From contig NC_043001.1 of assembly GCF_006345805.1 (NCBI RefSeq), forward strand, positions 121,086,001 to 121,150,000: 64,000 bases of DNA, given 5' to 3'. The stretch is from Octopus sinensis. Taxonomy: Eukaryota. Below are positions 56,238-64,000 of the stretch, piece after piece (positions within the stretch are counted from its first letter, which is position 1; each line of letters begins with the position of its first letter). Both the position numbers and the translations under genes were made by a program. The notes beneath the pieces were generated by a model. It did no database searches. It had not been told where the DNA came from and saw nothing but the letters and a program-made list of their open reading frames with translations.

Positions 56238-56243
<6 letters not shown>
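55340..56243. repeat. ~530 bp unit with ~90 bp terminal direct redundancy and an inverted ~280 bp partial copy
   Basis: 55340-55618 is inverted relative to 55846-56120, which explains the twin ORFs 55360+ and 55703-. 55617-55700 repeats at 56149-56243. Confidence 0.92.
55866..55939 (+). ncRNA. type I hammerhead ribozyme
   Basis: atagcg-CTGATGA-aggaattcaaac...gtttgtgatcca-GAAA-C-accgt-G-TT^cgctat. Mirror copy at 55525-55598 (-). Confidence 0.8.
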
Positions 56244-56280
<37 letters not shown>

Positions 56281-57366
56281 GCGAGAAAGAAGCAACAAGA
56301 ATGGATAGGTTTTTAGTACGATCGTTTCATACAAGGACAGGTTTTATTAAAAGTTGCAAAGATTACAGCATATAAACGAGTCCCGTACTCATCAGCTAAA
56401 ATACATGTAAGTTCTCTAGACATCCTAGTGTTTGAGGCTATACTCATGAAGTAATGTAGATAATTAAACAGATTTCTAAAGTTCATTAAAGTTCCTTAAA
56501 GATGATGTATAGTCTTATCACAGAATTTTAAAAAAGTTTTGATAGCATCACAGAGAAGGTGACCTAATCCATATGAATTTCCATAGATATGATGAGGGAT
56601 TATATACTCACAGAAGACAATTTATCCATTGTTATTAGCATTACAGAGAGGGTGAATTAATCCTTTGTATATATGCACAGATTCCAAAGGTGTAGATGTA
56701 AATTTCCAGAGAAATGGAGATGAATTTCATATTCACAGGCGATAAATTTTACAATGGTTGAACACAATGAGGTAGGTACCAATCCTTGTTATATGATTAG
56801 GTGTTTTGCCTTGTTTATATGATTAGGTGTTTAATATGGCAAACACCTAATCATATAACAAGGATTGGTACCTACCTCATTGTGTTCAACCATTGTAAAA
56901 TTTATCGCCTGTGAATATGAAATTCATCTCCATTTCTCTGGAAATTTACATCTACACCTTTGGAATCTGTGCATATATACAAAGGATTAATTCACCCTCT
57001 CTGTAATGCTAATAACAATGGATAAATTTGTCTTCTGTGAGTATATAATCCCTCATCATATCTATGGAAATTCATATGGATTAGGTCACCTTCTCTGTGA
57101 TGCTATCAAAACTTTTTTAAAATTCTGTGATAAGACTATACATCATCTTTAAGGAACTTTAATGAACTTTAGAAATCTGTTTAATTATCTACATTACTTC
57201 ATGAGTATAGCCTCAAACACTAGGATGTCTAGAGAACTTACATGTATTTTAGCTGATGAGTACGGGACTCGTTTATATGCTGTAATCTTTGCAACTTTTA
57301 ATAAAACCTGTCCTTGTATGAAACGATCGTACTAAAAACCTATCCATTCTTGTTGCTTCTTTCTCG
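56281..57366. repeat. near-perfect inverted repeat, ~530 bp arms, ~27 bp spacer
   Basis: 56281-56810 is the reverse complement of 56838-57366. The spacer partly re-copies adjacent arm sequence. Confidence 0.95.
57247..57337 (+). ncRNA. type I hammerhead ribozyme, intact core
   Basis: ttttag-CTGATGA-gtacgggac...gtccttgtat-GAAA-C-gatc-G-TA^ctaaaa. Stem I ttttag/ctaaaa. Palindromic stem III ACGATCGT. Mirror copy at 56311-56401 (-). Confidence 0.85.
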
Positions 57367-57503
57367 CTTATAATCACCCCACATTACTGTATTGTTAAAT
57401 CAGTATTGTTTTTTTTGGTGCATCTAAGTTAGGTACCATATTCAAGTAAATTTTTTAAATTAACTTGAATCTTTATTGCTCTTTGTATATATATATATAT
57501 ATA

Positions 57504-59692
57504 TAACTTAGAATAACTTAGAAAGGTTTTGACCAGTATTGGCCCAGGCCATGTTTAACTTAATAGCACCACCTGGCGAAGTCTTTCAATTCAGGATTTG
57601 GGCACCAAGGCCCATTCGAGCAGAGAGTTATTGTTTGCGGAGACATATCCGGGTGTGGGTGGTTTGTCCGAGACTGTTTGAACGAATTTGTCCAAAGACT
57701 TCTTGAATTTTGTGTGGTCAGTTTCTTTTTTGACGTGTCCTGGTGTAATGTTGAAGAGAGCGGGTCCAATTGAGGTGAAATAGTTGTGCCGTATTGTCGT
57801 TATGTGATGCAATTTAGATTTTTGTTGTGGACGGATGGCACGTGGTTCAAGCCTTGGATGTATTTTGAAGGTGATGCCAACATCATTCGGACAGATAATG
57901 TAGCGTTCAGTAGTCAAGGTCTGACATGCCATCTATCTTTTTTGTTATTGACCTTTGGGGAGCTTCAATTCTCATAATATTTTGTTTTGTGTAGGGAGAC
58001 CACAGTGGACAGCAGTATTCAAGGTGGGGTCGGGCAAAAGTGAAGAGAAGGATAATAGTGTGGGAATCTCTCGACTGGAAGGTTCTGAGAACCCAGGAAC
58101 ACATTCTGCGGGCCATGTCAACTTTGCTGCTTATATGTGTAGCCCAGCTTATGTTATTGTCCACTGGTACTCCCAAGTCTCTGATGTTGTTGGATGCCAT
58201 GAGAATTTCTCCAGAAGGAAGAGAGTATGGGAGTTTCAGAGCGTCCTCCCTTCCAAAGTGGATCAGTTCGAATTTGTCTTCGTTTAGTAACATGTTATTC
58301 TTTTCCGCCCATTGGACAACAGCCAGTAGGTCTGACTGAAGGCTTATTCGGTCATCCACGCCATTGATGACCTTCTGGAGCTTGGAATCATCAGCGAAGG
58401 TTCTGATGTTACTGTGTTTGATGGTGTCAGTAATATCATTTATGTAGATGATGAAGAGAAGTGGGCCCAACACAGTGCCTTGTGGGACACCACTGCTGAC
58501 TTTGGCTGGGCTGGATTTGACTCCTTCGACTACAACATGTTGGGTTCTGTTAGACAGGAAGCACTTGATCCACTGCAGCAGCTTTCCAGTGACACCAATA
58601 TTGGACAGCTTTCTCAGAAGGATCTTATGATCAACCCTGTCAAAGGCCTTGCTGAAATCAAGGTAGATGACATCAGTGTTGGAACCCTCTCCCAAGGCTC
58701 TCAAAATGTCATCAAAATGATGCAGTAGCTGCGTCAGGCAATCTCCCCCATTACGGAATCCATGCTGGTTGGAGTTCAGCATATTATGACTCTCAAGGAA
58801 GTGAGTCATACGCGATCTCAGCACCCTCTCAAATACCTTGATGATATGAGAGGTGAGTGAGATTGGACGGTAATTCACGGCAAGCGATTTGTTTCCTTTT
58901 TTGAAAACTGGGACAACAGACTGGGATAGAAGGTCTTCTGGTATATATCCAGCATCCAGTGAGTTCCACCACAGATTTGCTAGAGGGCGTGCAAGTTGGT
59001 TTTGACACATCTTCAAGACACAAGCAGGGAACCTATCGGGACCTACTGCTGAATTATGCTTCATTTCCTTTATTGCTGCTAAGACATCAGGAGCGCCAAA
59101 GGTTATGTCCGATAAGTGTATTGGGGAGTAACATCACTGATACAGCCCAGATCAGTCATATCAGGATTGCTGAAAACAGAGCAATATTGTTTCTGCAATA
59201 TCTCCCATGGTTTTGGCATTGTCTTGAAGAGTACCATTTTCATCAATCAGAGGGCCAACAGTAGAACCAGTGACTCTGTGTTTTTTTGCAAATGAAAGAA
59301 CACTTTGGGATTGAGTTTGATCTTCTCAATGGCCCAGGCCTCTCAGCTCTTCGCTGACTATTGATGATAGACATCATGTTGTTTTGGAGTTTATGTTTTT
59401 TAATCTCTAGCGACGAGATGGCAGTCAGGTTGGTGTGTTGCTGTTGACAGTATTTCAGCTTGTTGATCTTTTTGTTAATTCTTTTAATTTTCCTGATGAG
59501 AGATTTTCTATTTCTAGGGATTCAACACTTAGATTTGTTTGCAGATCTTAATGGGGTGTGTTTTGCACATATGTTCTACAAATGACTGCCAGGATTGTTT
59601 GATGTTAGTGGGTGTGTATGTGTGTGTGAAGGACCAATCGACTTGTGCAAGATCATTATTGATTGCTTCCCAATTTGCATTGTGGAAATCCA
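57504..59692 (-). mobile_element. 5'-truncated non-LTR retrotransposon (CR1/L2-group LINE)
   Basis: RT ORF 57907..59064 has YRPISLTS, DFSKAFD, GVPQGTVLGPLLF and FADD. The C-terminus continues in ORF 57591..57932. Short repeated tail (TTCTAAGTTA)2. (TA)n on both sides. Confidence 0.9.
57591..59064 (-). pseudogene. LINE ORF2 reverse transcriptase remnant
   Basis: 385-aa RT ORF plus a frameshifted 113-aa C-terminal ORF. Confidence 0.9.
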
Positions 59693-59709
59693 TATATATA
59701 TATATATAT

Positions 59710-61960
59710 ATCAACAATCAAGGAACGGCCATAATAGGCCATTCACCCACTAGAAATAACAGCCAAAGCTTCAACCGCAAATAAAAGTCAATTCCGTAAA
59801 CCAGGAGAAAATTTAAAAAACATTTACCCTGTAATTTCTTATACGATGCACCGTTTCATCTGCTGTTAATGGTAAACTAACCTGATTAAATTAATCAAGC
59901 CAATCTTCCATAGGCCCTCAGATTCTTCAGTAAGAAATAGCCCAAGTCGGAACAGATATTTTCACGAGGCATTTCCGACCCTGCCAAGGTAATATCTGAC
60001 CTAAAATTTTCAAATCATCGCACTCGCGCCAAATTTATCGGCAGCAAATAAATTTGGCGCGAGTGCGATGATTTGAAAATTTTAGGTCAGATATTACCTT
60101 GGCAGGGTCGGAAATGCCTCGTGAAAATATCTGTTCCGACTTGGGCTATTTCTTACTGAAGAATCTGAGGGCCTATGGAAGATTGGCTTGATTTAATTTA
60201 ATCAGGTTAGTTTACCATTAAACAGCAGATGAAACGGTGCATCGTATAAGAAATTACAGGGTAAATGTTTTTTAAATTTTCTCCTGGTTTACGGAATTGA
60301 CTTTTATTTGTGGTTGAAGCTTTGGCTGTTATTTCTAGTGGGTGAATGGCCTATTATGGCCGTTCCTTGATTGTTGATGTTGAACTTAAAAATGGTCTAT
60401 GACTATTTAATTTTTTCCCACTAGGCCGCTGGTGGCAAAAAAATTCTACAAAATTTTTTTGCCACCCTATATTGATTAATTATGAATTTTCTGGTTAATT
60501 CCGTAATGGAATCGACGGCTTATATTTATTTGCTGCCGATAAATTTGGCGCGAGTGCGATGATTTGAAAATTTTAGGTCAGATATTACCTTGGCAGGGTC
60601 GGAAATGCCTCGTGAAAATATCTGTTCCGACTTGGGCTATTTCTTACTGAAGAATCTGAGGGCCTATGGAAGATTGGCTTGATTTAATTTAATCAGGTTA
60701 GTTTACCATTAAACAGCAGATTAAACGGTGCTTCGTATAAGAAATTACAGGGTAAATGTTTTTTAAATTTTCTCCTGGTTTACGGAATGGACTTTTATTT
60801 TCGGTTGAAGCTTTGGCTGTTATTTCTAGTGGGTGAATGGCCTATTATGACCGTTCCTTGATTGTTTATGTTGAACTTAAAAATGGTCTATGACTATTTA
60901 ATTTTTTCCCACTAGGCCGCTGGTGCAAAAAAAATTCTACAAAATTTTTTTGCCACCCTATATTGATTAATTATGAATTTTCTGGTTAATTCCGTATGAA
61001 TCGACGGCTTATATTTATTTGCTGCCGATAAATTTGGCGCGAGTGCGATGATTTGAAAATTTTAGGTCAGATATTACCTTGGCAGGGTCGGAAATGCCTC
61101 GTGAAAATATCTGTTCCGACTTGGGCTATTTCTTACTGAAGAATCTGAGGGCCTATGGAAGATTGGCTTGATTTAATTTAATCAGGTTAGTTTACTACCA
61201 TTAAACAGCAGATGAAACGGTGCATCGTATAAGAAATTACAGGGTAAATGTTTTTTAAATTTTCTCCTGGTTTACGGAATTGGCTTTTATTTGCGGTTGA
61301 AGCTTTGGCTGTTATTTCTAGTGGGTGAATGGCCTATTATGGCCGTTCCTTGATTGTTGATGTTGAACTTAAAAATGGTCTATGACCTATTTAATTTTTT
61401 CCCACTAGGCCGCTGGTGGCAAAAAAATTCTACAAAATTTTTTTGCCACCCTATATTGATTAATATGAATTTTCTGGTTAATTCCGTAATGGAATCGACG
61501 GCTTATATTTATTTGCTGCCGATAAATTTGGCGCGAGTGCGATGATTTGAAAATTTTAGGTCAGATATTACCTTGCAGGGTCGGAAATGCCTCGTGAAAA
61601 TATCTGTTCCGACTTGGGCTATTTCTTACTGAAGAATCTGAGGGCCTATGGAAGATTGGCTTGATTTAATTTAATCAGGTTAGTTTACCATTAAACAGCA
61701 GATGAATCGGTGCATCGTATAAGAAATTACAGGGTAAATGTTTTTTAAATTTTCTCCTGGTTTACGGAATGGACTACTTTTATTGCGGTTGAAGCTTTGG
61801 CTGTTATTTCTAGTGGGTGAATGGCCTATTATGGCCGTTCCTTGATTGTTGATGTTGAACTTAAAAATGGTCTATGACTATTTAATTTTTTCCCACTAGG
61901 CCGCTGGTGGCAAAAAAATTCTAACAAAATTTTTTTGCCACCCTATATTGATTAATTATA
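59710..61960 (+). repeat. tandem array of ~490 bp hammerhead-containing units (~3.9 copies) preceded by an inverted partial copy
   Basis: aatttggcgcgagtgcgatg recurs at 60051, 60542, 61031 and 61525. 59710-60050 is the reverse complement of part of the unit. (TA)n on both sides. Confidence 0.95.
60149..60253 (+). ncRNA. type I hammerhead ribozyme in unit 1 of the tandem array
   Basis: tttctta-CTGAAGA-atctg...cagat-GAAA-Cggtgcatc-G-TA^taagaaa. Other copies: 60640-60744 (GAAA>TAAA), 61129-61236 (intact), 61622-61726 (GAAA>GAAT), 59835-59937 (-, intact). Confidence 0.85.
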
Positions 61961-62036
61961 TATATATATATATATTATATACATAGAGAGAGAGAAGATA
62001 CACACCACACACATATACACACGCACGCATGCACGC

Positions 62037-62071
<35 letters not shown>

Positions 62072-62084
62072 GCACGCATGCACG

Positions 62085-62124
<40 letters not shown>

Positions 62125-62132
62125 CATATATG

Positions 62133-62185
<53 letters not shown>

Positions 62186-63923
62186 TATATATATATATAT
62201 ATATATATATCGGTATGTGTGTAATGTATATATGTATGTATAAATGTATATATATATATATATGTAGGTATATATAATAGCACCAGCAGTGAGTGGCCCT
62301 GTGTAAACAGCTACAGATACACACATACACAAACACAGACATATGTAGATAAATGCATAAGCATACATACATGTGGATGTGGTTGTCTGTGTGTGTGTGT
62401 GAGTGGGTTCATGTATATATTCATAGCATTCTATTCTCTTTTACCATAATAGTCAGTTCTGCTTTTCCAAGACATCATACATATCTTGTTTGTCATAACT
62501 CATCCTCATCACCTTTATAATCATCGTTGTTATTGTCTCATCATCATCACTGTTGTTATTAGTCAGCATCCATAATCATTGTTGTTCAACATCAATATTT
62601 ATATCATCAATAGCCTCTTCTTCCACAGCATCCTCATCATCATCACCACCACCATCATCATCATCCCCATCACCATAATCACTGCCATCATCCAAACCAT
62701 CAACTACACTGTTCATTGTTTTTTGTTGCTCTTGTGGTTTTGTTTGTTTAGCCACAGGTCAGCCCTGATCCAGTAGAACTTATAATCAAAAGTGCTCCAG
62801 TTGTGACCATCCCATCACATTTTTTTTATTAGGTATGGTGCAATCCAGGACCATATTATCTAATGTATTATTCTCCTCTATGAACACAGCATGGTTAAAT
62901 GGTTAACATGTTCACTTTGCAATCACAAGGTCTTCGGTTAAATCCCACTGTGTAGTTGGTATCTTGAGCGAGTATCTCTTACCATAGTGTCAGGCTGATC
63001 CAGCCTGTGTGAAACTATTTCAGACAGAAAACACACACAAGCTCATCAGGCAGATTCTACCTTTCATTCAAGAGTCTGGCATTGTCACACACAGTGTTAT
63101 GCAAATTTTGCCTGAAGATTACATTAAAGGTACACATGTCTGTGGAATACTCGGCCACTTACTATGCACTGAACAACTGAATGTTAGTCATCAAATCTGA
63201 CAGATATCCATTTACTTTATTCTTTGCTAAGATGACTGTGTGTGATTTGAGGGCGATTTAACAGCTACTTCTACCAGCCTGTGCAATGACATAGAGGCTG
63301 TCTTGTTGGTTTGTTCATCACTCATAATGTAATTACTATTACTCATACTTTGTCATTCCAGTTAATTAGTAACCATCGTTGTCATTCAATGTATTTGCAC
63401 ATCCAATCATCTATTTTCATCCATCACTCAATTTTGTTTTTTATTGACATCCAAATTATTTGTTCATGCCAATCCTTTCCATTATTATTGATTAGATTAA
63501 GGTTTGAGCGTGCAGAACAGAATGCTTAACAGCATTTCATCCATCTTTACATTCTGAGTTCAAATCCCAGAGAGGTTGACGTTGTCTTTCATCCTTTTCT
63601 GATTAATAAAATAAGTATCAGTCGAGTAAAAGACTTCAGGTTTTGTACTTTTAGTAGAAAGGATTAGTATTGGTCAGATTCATTTCTTGTTCACTATCAC
63701 CTTTACTCTTTTACTTGTTTCAGTCATTTGACTGTGGCCATGCTGGAGCAATGCCTTTTGTCAAGCAAATCGACCCCCGGACTTATTCTTTGTATGCCTA
63801 GTACTTATTCTATCGGTCTCTTTTGCCGAACCACTAAGTTACAGGAATGTAACACACCAGCATCGGTTGTCATGCGATGTTGGGGGGACAAACACAGACA
63901 CACACACACACACACACACAGAT

Positions 63924-64000
<77 letters not shown>

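Noticed and set aside
49742-57366. Treating the palindromes as MITEs or foldback DNA transposons, or purely as sequencing artefacts
   Set aside because: The units are asymmetric (one arm continues into unique tail), show no shared TIR family and carry hammerheads. Older examples (3612-4008) have diverged arms, which argues against artefact, though the youngest still need read support.

Overview
AT-rich, microsatellite-dense animal DNA. The SINE/LINE repertoire looks like Octopus or another coleoid cephalopod (inference). There is one host gene, a + strand beta-tubulin: exons 2-4 lie at 26989-27097, 34543-34898 and 36177-36992, and I could not find exon 1 (MREI...) in the window. The rest is repeats: a decayed but complete Ty3/Gypsy LTR element (12365-16604), CR1/L2-like and RTE LINE remnants, a deleted mariner, non-autonomous Helitrons, tRNA-derived SINEs, a 1.6 kb octamer-bearing minisatellite and a 100-N gap. 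The most striking signal is about 20 type I hammerhead-ribozyme motif copies at about 12 loci. Most sit in non-coding ~0.3-0.55 kb units next to (TA)n tracts, and many units are preceded by an inverted partial copy of themselves, giving fold-back palindromes. One unit forms a ~490 bp x ~4 tandem array. Penelope-like RT and GIY-YIG remnants lie nearby. A second covarying stem motif that I cannot name (GCTGCTATTTCTAR...stem...YGGT) recurs across otherwise unrelated units. All structures were read by eye; nothing was computed or searched.
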